DNA of 64,000 nt from Paraspadella gotoi. Lineage: Eukaryota > Animalia > Chaetognatha. The position numbers and the translations under genes were made by a program. The notes below the pieces were generated by a model. It saw only the letters and a program-made list of their open reading frames with translations, searched no databases and was not told the DNA's origin. Each line of letters starts with the position of its first letter. Positions within the stretch are counted from its first letter, which is position 1. This document shows positions 12,522-24,517 of the stretch, piece by piece. The stretch is from contig CM119269.1 of NCBI GenBank assembly GCA_051294375.1, forward strand, positions 13,831,887 to 13,895,886, given 5' to 3'.

Positions 12522-13102
12522 TTACTTTTTACTCTCTTCCCTGGCGAACCTCTGTTTGTCTTTTCGCTTCCCCTTTCCACGACCGAACGCATCATCTTCG
12601 TCGTCTTCGTCGTCACCGCGCGACTTTTTTGCGAGACGAAGATGTTCGGACGCCTTCATCCCCTTAAGCTTTGTTTTCACGCCTAACGATGAGGGGCGCG
12701 ATCAATCTTCGTCTCTGAGGTTGAATTTAACTTAAAACGGACCTGTGCTTCTCATGACGCTGAGACGAGCAGCGGCGGCGACGCTGCGACGCTGCGAATC
12801 CGTCGCCGCTTGAGGTCCTTCTTTCTCCCCCATTTCTTGGAAAAGTAAGAAATTAAAATGGCTTAAATAGCTCGCTGACCTTATCCGTTTCTCTTGTCAT
12901 CATTTAATCTAGAAGAATTACCCGCATCGGCGCCCTCTCCCCACATAAGTTTCTTTGTTTTCTTAGCTTCTTCCTCTTCAGCCGCGTTAATGTTTTCCAA
13001 TTCGTCCTCTTCATTTTTGTTGTATAAAGCTTCGTCGTCATCTTCCTCATCAACTTCGGATGCATCCTTAGGGGAGATTAATCTCTCTTCGGAATCGGAC
13101 AT
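12522..13102 (-). CDS. Small hypothetical protein (~144 aa) with acidic N-terminus and Lys/Arg-rich C-terminus; 3 exons
   Basis: Exons 13102-12922, 12835-12743 and 12682-12522 join in frame through GT-AG introns: MSDSEERLISPKDASEVDEEDDD...GADA|EMGEKEGPQ...VMRST|GVKTKLKGMKASEHLRLAKK...FAREESKK*. No family recognised. Confidence 0.65.
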
Positions 13103-14773
13103 CTTTATGTATTTAGCCTTTAATGACTACAGAAACTTTTTATTCTTGCCAAGTATTGATGAGCGAAATTACTTGGGGGGGGGAAACTATCTTGAATATT
13201 CAATAATATGCAGCACCACACTTAATATATATAAAATATATGAAATTTTTCAATAAAAATTATTTTCAAAAATATAAGTTCGCTTATGAAATTTCTATTA
13301 GTAATAGTATTACCAGCAATTTTTTCAAATTTTCTGAAAACTAATTTCGGTTTAACTCGATGTTCTTTTGTCGAGCGAGTCATTCGAATCTCATCGGATT
13401 TCAATCATGGCGTCTCTTTGTAGCCACACACACCTACGAAACTTAATTATTTATTTGATTTTTGCGTTTTATAAGATTTCTAGCAAGGCGGACGCGTCTA
13501 AATAACGAGAAATATTATCAAAACTCTTTATCTGCTCAATAGAAAGCGATTTGGACGTCATTGGGGATAAATTCGGAAAAATAAAGGTCGTTCCTTATAA
13601 AGCCAGTATTCAGGTTTGGATATTTTCATTTTAATTTGCAATTTGCTACTTTGTTTGTTAAGACTTTTTTTTTGACAAAATTTTATCCTAAATTTTTTGT
13701 TTATATTTGTAAATTGATAAGATCTAAGCAGAAAAAGAAACAATCTTTCCCCAAGTAAAACTGGATGAATCAATATCCAAAGAGGAATACTATGCCATAT
13801 TACAGAAAACTGAAACTGGGCTTTCTCTCACGAATGCTTTATCTGCTTACATAATATTCAATACACATATAATTTCTTCCCCGCGGTACAACAGCCGCTT
13901 CATCGTAAAATGAATACAAATGATTATTAGTAAATTAGTACTGATAATCAATTACGGAAATTTACGTTCAGCCGATTTCAGTCGATTTTAAAGCATAATG
14001 ATTCCGACAGCGTTTTATATAATCCACTCGTTTCGATCCCGAGTGTTTGACTCGATGTACGAGCAGAGGATCGGCTCCTCTTATTCGGTTTGCCACCAAT
14101 TAAGTCTGCACCAGATTTTATCGTCGTCTATCTCGCTGCCGCAGAAGTCTCACTCCCCTTCCCCCGTATCCGGAACATGAGGGTTTTCACTCTGAGCTTT
14201 CGAAAGCCAAACTTACAGTGCTAATCGCTTATGACCGATTTGTTTATCTTTAATTGAATTCTTCTGTCATTTCTAGTTTTTTGTTTTAGCGAGCTTTTCG
14301 ACTCGAAAGAATTCCCTTGTTTGTTGAGTGGATTCATTTGTTATTCCAAAATACCGATACTTAAAACTTAAGTCTCCTCTTATCTCTCCCCGCTGTTTCT
14401 CACCGATCGTTCATTCTTCCTGTGCAGTCTTTCTAATTTTCAGTCACGATCACGGTCTCTGTTTACATCAAACTGAAACTCATTGTTTTGTTTCTCGGTC
14501 ACTTAAATTTCTTTCCTCCCGATTTTCTAGTTCGAAAAATTACAAAAAGATGATCGAGTTTTAAACTGTGAATCGATCGGTCGTCGAAATGCGGGAACCA
14601 AATACTGAAAGAGACTCGGAACTCTGCTAAGAAAAAAAAAACAGGATTGTTTCGAATTGAACTTCGCCTAAAAAGTCATTGGATAAAAAAAAGAAAGCTA
14701 CTGGAATCGCATTCGCTCCCCCAATGCTAAGGATTCGAGGCTCGCCTGACGATTGACAAAGGTGGCGTAAGCG

Positions 14774-17700
14774 ATGCCACCCCCGCCACCCCCTCCACCA
14801 CCTGGCCCACCCTCCGCGCCTCCACCGCCATTAGTCAAGGTTTGTACTACGAATCCGCGGGAACTGATTTTATACGATAATGATAATTAGGGTTCAATAT
14901 TTTTGGTTTTTATAAGCTTACCTTTTTTTACATTTTTTTCAGAAACCTCTCGGCGGCGGAGGCGGAGCGGCGGCCAAGGGCGGGGCTGGACGAGGAGCCT
15001 TGCTTTCTTCCATTCAAGGCAGCAAAGGAGTCGGTGGTCTCAGGAAAGTCGCCGATCACGAGAAGAAAGATCGAAGCGGGGCCACTGTCGGAAATGGTAA
15101 ATGGGTCAATCTGAAGCGTTTGCATATAATATGTCCGTAAATTTAATTTTATACTATATTTAAGGTAAGGTTTACATTTTTAATACTTTTAATTCTTTCA
15201 GATAAGAAACCTTCGCCTGGACCGAGCAGTGGAGGTGGTGGCGGTGGTGGAGGAGGTGGTGGTGGAGGGGGAGGTGGTCGTTCGAATGGATTCGGCGGCG
15301 GAGGCGGCGGCGGCGACTTGATGTCGCAGCTGAGAGCGCGACAAGCAAGATTAAACAACCCTCAAGGTGAGCTTAAAGTCAGGCTGAAACAAAATGAATA
15401 ACAAATTGTTTTTATTTAACCGGAGCGCTTGAGCGCTACCCTCATGTACATTTCAGAGTTTGTAAACTTGAAGCTTTGTGGTGATTTTTTTCCGCACAGT
15501 GTAGATGCTACATGACCTTGGGTTCATTTTAAAAAAGCGTTTTCCCGTTGACCATTTACGGGTGTAGTTTGTCTCTTTAATTTTATATGCTGTTTACATG
15601 TTAGTTTCATATATTAGGTTGAAACAGAACTCTTTCACATGCTTAATGTCATTCCCGGGATACATAATAATAAATTTTGATTCAAAAATCAAAATGCAAC
15701 AACATACTGCTTCATACTGATTTTGTTCCTTATTTATTTTTTCCAATTTTTTTAACAAACAGCATTCAAAAGAATTTATTATTCAATAGTAAAAGCCAAA
15801 TGTTCATATTCGGTTATTTCTAGTTGAAAATTGTATTTACTGCCGTTAACCCCTTTTTTAATGCTTCTGTGGCACATATTGCACATTCACGCTTATTCTG
15901 TATATCATTCGCTCGTTCCTCCGCTAGAGGTCTGCACCATTGAGTATATAGACGCATCTCCAACTCGAGACGACGAACGCATATTGAAGCATTCGTCGAT
16001 CGCACCTGTTTCGTCCGTCTATCATCAGGCGAAAAGGCGGGCGCCTTTGCCACCTTCGCGCCACCGATCCGACAGCGGAAGTCCCTCGCGCGAGAAGCGA
16101 TTGACAGAGAGAAAACCGCGAGCCAAAGGCAGAGCGCCGGCGCCGCCGATTAAACCCAAACCGACCAAGTCGATTGAAGGATACTGGAAGACGAAGGAAG
16201 AGATTGCGGCTGAGGCCCCGGATTTATCGCCAAACGCCCGCATGTCCGCCTCGATGACCTCGGGTTCCGCCACCAAGCCCTCCTTGTCCAAGAACATCCG
16301 CAAAGCTTTTTCCTTGAAGGAACTCGTGAAGCCGCCTAACTTGTACCCACGGCCGCTAATCAAGCCGGATCCAAAACCATCGGGCGTTTCCTTCATCCCC
16401 TCTCCCGCTCATCGGAAGCGCTGGTCCAGATCCCGTGACGCCGCGGATTCATATCGCGGCGTCGCGAAAAGTTCTCGCTCTCCCGTCTGTGATAATCATT
16501 CCGACAAGTATTCTCGATTGAGCAAAGAAATGATAACCGGACCCGTTCATCTTCTCGATCTCGTCTCTCGTGACTACGAGTCGGGAACCAACTCCGACTC
16601 CGTCCCTTCTCGTCCAACCTCTATTCTGACCGTGCCTAGCTCACACTTTTCTCAACCTCCACTTTTTCCACGAGAAACGCCCTCTGAAGAGAACCTTTCC
16701 TCTTTGGATGGATCACGAAATTTTCCTCGTGGCGTCCCAGAGCGACAGAGTTGTCCCGTGCGAAGAACCCTGCCGGGTATGCGCCTCGCGCCTCAAAACC
16801 GAGATCCGCTTTACAGCTCCTCGAGGAGAGCTTCTTCTCTTACTCGGGCTATGTTACCACCTCCACCGGTTCCTCCAAAACCGGAAAACATATCCATATT
16901 CAAAAGGGAAGATACTAACTGCATAGAAAAAACTAAACCAACAAAAGGTAAAAAGTCTTTGTGGATCCTACTCTCTTCTTACGGATGAACCGTTTTATCT
17001 GCTTATGATACGAATGGCGATCCTGACGCATATAATGTATATTTTAACCTCAAAACGTCCCGGTATTTATTTGTATTTCAAAACCATTTTTAAAAATTTT
17101 TTCTAAAACATACACAATATAAATATCTATATGCATCCTATTTTTTTCCTTTGTATTTTATCTCTTAATCTAGGTCGTCTGATGCTCAGTAAAATTGTTT
17201 TACAATTCCTTTTGAAACAAATGAAAGCGTTTAATACATCTATAGTTGCCGTTGTAATTTTTTAACAAAATTATAAAAAAATCAATTTCATAATATAAGA
17301 TATTTTATCATTAATAAAATTTAATAAAATTATTAAAATAGCACTCATAAGAAGGTATAATAATATTGTAAGGTATTGTGCATCTTCAACTTCTGTAAAA
17401 CGGCAATTTAAGATGAATCTTGTTTGTCGTTGGAAAAGTTTGTCACTGGAAACGTTTATTTCTTAAAGCATTTTCTTTAAAGCCCCAAACTTAGTTCTTG
17501 CGCTCTTCTCCTTTAAATTTTATTTTTTTAAATTCCTTAAAAATTATTAGGTTTATAGCATAACATCACGATTTTAATAAATTTAAATGACCAGTTGAGC
17601 GAGACGAATAGACGATTTGAATGTAATCCTTAACTTTGGTTATCATTATTGTGTTTGTAGACGGGATTGAGCCTGATACCACTTCCCCAACCCGGACATT

Positions 17701-20700
17701 GAATCCCACCCCGCCCGCTCGCCGCCGCCGTCGTCGTGAAACTGTGGATAGTAACTCTTCTAGTCAAAATTCTCTAATTTTGACCTGTGAAGGTCCGTTT
17801 GTTTACTAATTTATTTTGATAACGAGGTAAAAAGATGGTAATTTTTTAAAAAAATATCCACAATTTTCTTATCATTTTCTTATAGTGCTAATTTATATGT
17901 GCCAATATTTATATTTCGTTGGTCGTGAGATTTTAATATTATGATTGATTCAAATTCGCCGTCTTCTTACCTCTGATGTTTAAAAAGGGAATTTATTTTA
18001 CGAATACTGTGTTTCAGACTTAATTTATAGTTCAGTAAGTCTTGTCAGCTAAATTTCTTTTTAAATGCTAGAAAATTTTATATTTTGATTTAGAAGCAAA
18101 TGTAAACTAATGATAAAATTTTCTTTGCTAAATGTCCACTCAACTTTCGCACCAGTAAACATTACTAATTAATTCCTTATTCCAGCTTGGATTTGAATTT
18201 TGTTTTTCGTAAATTTGTCGCATGATAGTTTATATAAAACTAAAATCGTTGTCTCCCAGTGAATTGTCTTTATCCACACTAACGGCATAATTTTTCTATT
18301 TTAATTTTTTTTTTCGCTGATGTCGTGGACCCTGGAAGATCCTAAACCTTTGAGTCGAGTATCTCGAAGGAACAGCAACTCCAGCACACAGAGCAGCTCC
18401 AGCGGGAGCTCTAGCGGTAAAAGTTCTCGAGATTCTCGGCGACGCATCTCCGACGATTCCGTGGGAGACTCTCCCAGTGGCCGGAGTCAGTTTAAGATCG
18501 GGACGACCGCCGTGCACACTTGCGTGCGTTTGAGCAAAGCCGGTCTCGGACAATCGGCCCTAGCGCCGAAGCCGACGCTTCCTAGTCACTCACGTCCCCC
18601 GATGGTGCCCGGATTCGGGAAGCCCTTGTTGAAGAGCAAGCCCTCCTTCTCCGGATCCTGGACGGCGTCCCTTTCGGAAGGCCGGGAGACGCGAGAAGTC
18701 CCCTCGTCTTCATCGGCGGAAGAAATCTCTTTTTCAATCAAAAGCAAACTCGAGGATGGACGCGGCTCGTCGGGAACATCCTTCGCGCCATCGGAAACTG
18801 ACAACGGCCAAGTGTATCGGCTCTCGACGCGAGTCGAGAGCGGCGGGTCCTGGCCGGTTGAGAGAGATCCGGGTCATGGTTGGGCCGGGGAAAGAAATAC
18901 GAGATACGTGGCAAATATCGTGTCGTCTTTCGGTAGGGATTACAAGTCTCATGCTCATCAATAGTTTAATATGTTTCACTTATTGCTTTCCTGTGTTATA
19001 CATACAACTCTGTTTTATAGTTAACTGTATTTTGTTATTTTTATTTTATCGGGATTTTTTTTTTTGGAAAGGAAAAATTTTATAATTATTTTATCAAATA
19101 GCTTTGTTCTGTAAATCTTTGGCTTTGCTTTAAAAAAAAGTTTCATTAGTCAATTTTTTTTGCAGTCATACGCTCAACTGTTCTTTTTATAGGCAATTGT
19201 TAAAATATTTCCTTCATTAATGTTATTCTACTATTTTCTTTATTCGTTATATGTTCTTTTCATTTCATAACTTCTTTAGTTATCAGCTTCAAACCATATT
19301 GTTAAACGGCAGTACTTTCCGCCGTTCAACAAATTTCTTACTAACCCTATAGAACTGCATGAGATGTCAGCTTCGTCGTGTAATAAGTTCAGTCGCGTCT
19401 TTTCGCATGTATGTCGTTCTGAGCACGAATACCTAGACCAGTCGACCGCAAGGCTGGTCTTCTCTCTCTTTTTAATTAAAAAATAATACTCCTCATCATA
19501 ACCCTTTTTTTCACGCGTTTTCCCCTCAGGAGGCAACAACAACAACAAAAATGATTCTGGTCCTTCTCCCGCGCCGTCTCCTTCCCCTCTTCGGCCGCAC
19601 CTCGCCCAAACTAGTCACCCGGCCCCGGTTCTGACGCCCTCTCCCGAGGGTCACGTTCCCCGGCTTTCCCCTGCCTCTTCCCGGCCTCGCCCCATGAATC
19701 ATGCGGGGAACAAACCGCCCCCGCCGCCGCAACCCCGAGGAGTCTCACCCAGCCCCGGTCCGCCTCCACCACTGAAGCCTTCCTCGATGCTCAATGGCAC
19801 AGGTGAGTGAATATTATTGGTTTGAATGAGTAACGATTCACTTGTCTTTTAATTGTCCACTATCTTATCCTTTTTTCTGTACCAGACAAACCTCCACCGC
19901 CGTCTAAGCCGCCGGTGGTGGCTAAGCCTCCAGTTCCGGCAGGCCTTCGCCCCTCGAGCGGCGGATCAGCGACTCCCCCTCCCGTTCCGCCAATGCAGCG
20001 GCCTTCCAGCGGTGGAGCTCCTCCGCCCCCGCCTCCGCCTCCGCATGGCGCTTCCCACAGTGCATACCACAGTGGCGGACCCACGAAATCCCATGGTGAG
20101 AAGTCAATTTTTTTTAAACGCACCGCTTTATTTTTGTTTTAAATATTCTCCTGATTCTCCTGCGACCCGCTTCAGGGCCTCCTGCTCCATTCCGTGTCCC
20201 ACCTCACGACCGGCCGCTTCCGCCGCCTCCGCCTCCTAATTCCGCCGCGCCCGGACCTCCGAGTAAGTCTCTTTGTTTTTCTCTTGAGTTTGTCGTTTCG
20301 CGTCTTATTGCGTCGTCGCTTTCAATTCATTCGTTCTTGTGCTTTTGGAAAGCGAATATTATTTGGCATATAATTCTGATAAAATTTGAAATTCTTATAC
20401 TTTCTCCCAAATTCATTGAAATGGGCCCGAAGATAATAATTTTTAGTCATTACTAGACGGTACTCCTAATTAAATATACATACAGTTACAGATTCTTTCA
20501 CGTTGCGAGTATCATTTGTTTTTCTGTCCACCGCGGTTTACCGCCGTCTCCATGTCGCTCTCACTTCAATAGATTTCCGTTTAGAAAGAAAACAAAAGGT
20601 AGACTTTTTTCTTCTTTTTTTTTGCACACTTCTCTGGCTTCGTGCTTTGCGCTGATGCAGGTTTCTCCAGTGCAATGACTCGGGATGACTCGACCCTAGA

Positions 20701-22252
20701 GCCAAAACAAAAAATGAGAAATAAGTTGCTCCGCTATTTCGTTCAATGAAATCCTGTTATGCCACGCTACGTTTCTTATTTAACTAATATCCTGACATAC
20801 AGTCGTGCTTCAGAGAATCCAGTTAACAATATCGAAATGACTCTCGCCCTTCTCCAAGTCTTCATAATCACCTCCTAAATCATGTACTCATCTCGCGCTC
20901 GCGTTCTTCCTCCCGGCGCCCCGACCGAGCGCCGCCCCTTGCGCGTCACGATCCCACCTGCGCCGGGTCACGCTCCGTCTCTCGCGGGATCCCGACGCGT
21001 CCGACTAACCCCGACGTCAGACTGCGTCGCGCCTCTCATCAGATTCGACGACGCCGACTACGCCTCTATAGATACGCCTACACCGCCGCCACCGCCGCCG
21101 CCTCATCGTAACGTGGCGCGCCAATCTTCGCTTCCTTCGCCGCCGTACCCGACGCCACCGACTCCGATCGCCGAACCGCCAAGTCCGCCGCTTCCTCCTC
21201 TTCCCTCGCCCCTTTTTCCGCCGCCGTCGACGTCCGGTTCGCGTCATCGCGCACCGCAGATTCCGACGATGGCGCCGTCGGCGAATTTTGCGGCGTCTCC
21301 CCCGCTGCCTCCGCCGCCCCCACCCGCTTTCGCCGCGCCTTACATCCCTCCCCCTCCTCCCCCACCGCCACCACCGCTCGGGGCCACTCACTCTCGCTCG
21401 AAACGCGGGGGAGTGTCCCCTGGAATTAATTCCAATGTATAGAAAAAGATGCATATTTCAATGATCTTGAGTTACTAATAACAATCTCTGCTTTTTTATT
21501 AATTTAAGATTTCTCCAACGACAAAAATGAGGGTATATCTTACTTATTAATTTTAACTGGCGTTAAGTTTTAATTCATTTAGTTTCCGGTTCTAGAAAAG
21601 TTCACAAAGGAAATTGCATCTTTTTCTTGCCCTAGACTGAACATCCTCTGTCAACTTTCACCTCACATACAAATACTAAACCCAACACTATAGAAGATGC
21701 TTATTATTGGCTAGGTCAGCGACAATGCGTTAATCTCTTTGTCTCGGATGGAGTTGGTTACTTGAGTACAATATTTACGCCCAAATTCGTATCAGTACCC
21801 TGACTACCCGGTAGTGGGTCTTTCATTCCTTACATACCTTCCTCTCAGGTCATCGTCCGCGACCTCCGCCGAGCAATCCGCCTCCACCGCCGCCCTCGAA
21901 ACGTCCGCCCATGGGTCCACCTCCGCCTCCGCCTCCCAAGGAACCGTCTGCCGCTGCAGCCCCACCGCCACCTCCTCCGGGACGGAGAGAAGAGGCCCGA
22001 ACCAACGGACCTTACCTAGGTGAGTTCATCCCGGCCATTTGAGGTTAATTAATTGCTCCCAATATTTATATCTTTACTTTTTCTCCAGACAACTTCGAGA
22101 GTCGGTTCATCAACCGATTTCACAAGATGGAGGAATTCCCCGAGCCGCCTCCTTTGCGTCGGATGCCCAAAACCTACCCGAGCAAGCAGGCGACGCCGCG
22201 GGGAAACGCGCCCGTCACGCGCCCCAACGCGCCGCCCGTGCCCCCGAGATGA
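14774..22252 (+). CDS. WIPF: WAS/WASL-interacting protein (WIP/verprolin family)
   Basis: Core exons 14774-14839, 14943-15096, 15202-15366, 19530-19802, 19886-20095, 20176-20262, 21849-22019, 22089-22252. Shows an MPPPPPPPP start, a WH2 motif (GRGALLSSIQGSKGVGGLRKV...DRS), a Pro-rich middle and the C-terminal WASP-binding motif (DNFESRF...FHKMEEFPEPPP...KTYPSK). Confidence 0.92.
15928..16947 (+). CDS. Putative phase 1-1 cassette exon A of the WIP gene (340 aa, Ser/Pro/Arg-rich)
   Basis: Acceptor ccgctag|AG and donor AAAG|gtaaaa; 1020 nt, open, in frame with WIP exon 3. Confidence 0.65.
17661..17792 (+). CDS. Putative phase 1-1 cassette exon B of the WIP gene (44 aa)
   Basis: Acceptor tttgtag|AC and donor GAAG|gtccg; 132 nt, open; GC-rich island in an AT-rich intron. 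Confidence 0.6.
18339..18932 (+). CDS. Putative phase 1-1 cassette (or terminal) exon C of the WIP gene (198 aa, Ser-rich)
   Basis: Acceptor ggaag|AT and donor TTCG|gtagg; 594 nt, open. It could instead read through to the TAG at 18964. Confidence 0.55.
21021..21442 (+). CDS. Putative alternative (probably terminal) Pro-rich exon of the WIP gene
   Basis: A branch-point-like CTAAC precedes cgtcag|AC (phase 1, compatible with the exon ending at 20262). The poly-Pro ORF ends at TAG 21442. Confidence 0.55.
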
Positions 22253-22409
22253 TCGCGCTTACCCACCTCTCACACGCTCCCATTCAATGCTTGGCGGCTC
22301 CGACCCGGTCCCCTTCCCTGATCGTTACGGTTGATCCGAGTTCCCTCGTCCCTTACTTCCTCTCTCCACCTGCCTGCCTCTCTAAAAAAGTGATAAATGA
22401 TCTCTTCAT

Positions 22410-22494
<85 letters not shown>

Positions 22495-24517
22495 TTTCTC
22501 TCCCCTTCTTCCTAGAGACATCTCTCTATGCATTGATAATAACGCTAAGTATGATATTAATGTGCAAAAGATCCTGAACGAGCGCCTTTTGTGTCCAGGT
22601 TTTCCCACCTTCCTTTTCCCCTTTCCCCCCCCCCCCATTTTTTTATTTTCCTCGAAATTGTTTCGCTTGAATTTTAAACTTTATCTTGTTGGGTATATTT
22701 CCATCCCTTCCGTCAGTTTTTTCTCTGGTTGGTATATTATATATTAATGCTTTGCTATGGTTATTTTTATACGGCTGTTAAAACACAAAGTCCAAACACG
22801 CTGGTAAATCTCTCTGCAGGGATGAGATCATAAATTTTGAAATGGAAAAAGTTCATGTTCTTCAAACCTATGGCATTATATTTAGCGATGTACTTGTGAT
22901 TTTTGTTGTTGTTGTTATTTTTAATTGTTAATTTATAAAAAAATATTCTGATGAAATAAAAAATTAAGATTATGGCAATGAATGTCAAAAATTTCACGAC
23001 GTTTAGAGATTGGTTTTAAATTTTGATTAGAAATGGCATGGTTTCAGTTTGACAAAAATGTGATATTGTTATAAATTATTTCAATTATAAAACTAATATT
23101 TGTAACATTAGTTTAAGAAACATAATATTTTTTTTCGTTATAGCACTATATAGTTACTTTTAAAAGTCAAATGCAGCAATGCATTAATTGTAGTTTTATT
23201 ATGTGCCATGAAGATTTTCTTTATTTCTGTTTTTGACTCCATCCCTGTATCTATTTGAAATATAGATTTAAAGCTTTTTTAATGTCTTTTTAGAAGACAG
23301 CAAGACATGTATCTATATTAAAAATATTTGTTACGCTATTTAAGTATCATATGGGGGTTCAGGCGAATTGCTTATATAAAAACTTTGAAAAAAGGTGGTC
23401 AGTTTAACACTCAAAAAAAAAAATTAACCTATTTTCTACCCTCAAATTGTGATTCTTTTATTTGTTGATGTACAGAACTAATTATGTAAATTTTAGATTG
23501 TTTACTAGGCTGATTCTTTTTTAAAAAATGGTGGTTCGTGATATTTTAAATGATATTTTTTATTTTACGAAATTTTAGATAGAGACGCACGAAATTCGCA
23601 CTCTTCTTTAAAAAAAAATTATGACGCTCACTGCCCAGTTTAGCGAACCTTCGTCCTTCGTCAGAAAACTTACCAATCAGAAAACCTCAGTTATTACTTA
23701 TTAGTATCCAATTAACAAATTTAATAATAAGCAGTTGGGGGGGGGAGTATTGTATTTCATCTAAAATTTACAGTATGATGTGCGTTCTACTTCAACAACA
23801 TTTATACGGAATATAATGACAATGGTACATAGTGACATACTATCCTACTGGACTTGTTTCAATTCGTTGTCATGCAACGGCTTCGGAATTTAGGACTACG
23901 TAGAATGACGTCGACATTTTCGATTACTCGACTCGGGTTTTATCTATGTAAATGAATTTATCTATTTATGGTTATAAGGTAGCGGGCATTAATGAGACGA
24001 ATGTAGTAGAGCATTTCATCGAATACTGGGATCAATAAACTGATAAATCAAATATACCAGGAGGTGCAGCGCTCACAAGTATTAACGAAACATGTTAAAT
24101 GACATTTTGTGATAATTTCCGGACGCTTTTTCAAAAAAACCAAACAAATCTAATGCTCTTCTGTTTACACGTTGCCCGACAGATGGCGATCGACGGAGGG
24201 AGACGTTATTTTCGTTTCGATCGAGTCGATTATAAATTAAATTTTTAAATCGAGAAACGAAACGATCGAGCGAGGATTGTGGAGGGGAGGGGCGATTGTT
24301 TGTAAATATGAAAATTATAAAAACGTATACGAATTAAGTTTAGTAATATTTAATAAACGACGCATCCACGGAAGAAAAACGCTAAGAGCGAGACAATCGT
24401 AAAGGAGGCGACTCAAGCTGGAGATGAGAAAACCGCTCGCGCCGATTGCAAAGTTCCCTTTTGTTTTTAATCGTCGATGTGAGGCGATCAAATGAGAAAG
24501 GGGGGGGGTGAAGGGGG

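Noticed and set aside
12881-12922. Apparent in-frame TAA read-through or GA donor in the orphan gene (AAC GGA TAA G|gtcag)
   Set aside because: A canonical phase-1 donor (GCG G|gtaatt) at 12921 lies upstream of the stop and joins the next exon in frame, so no recoding is needed.
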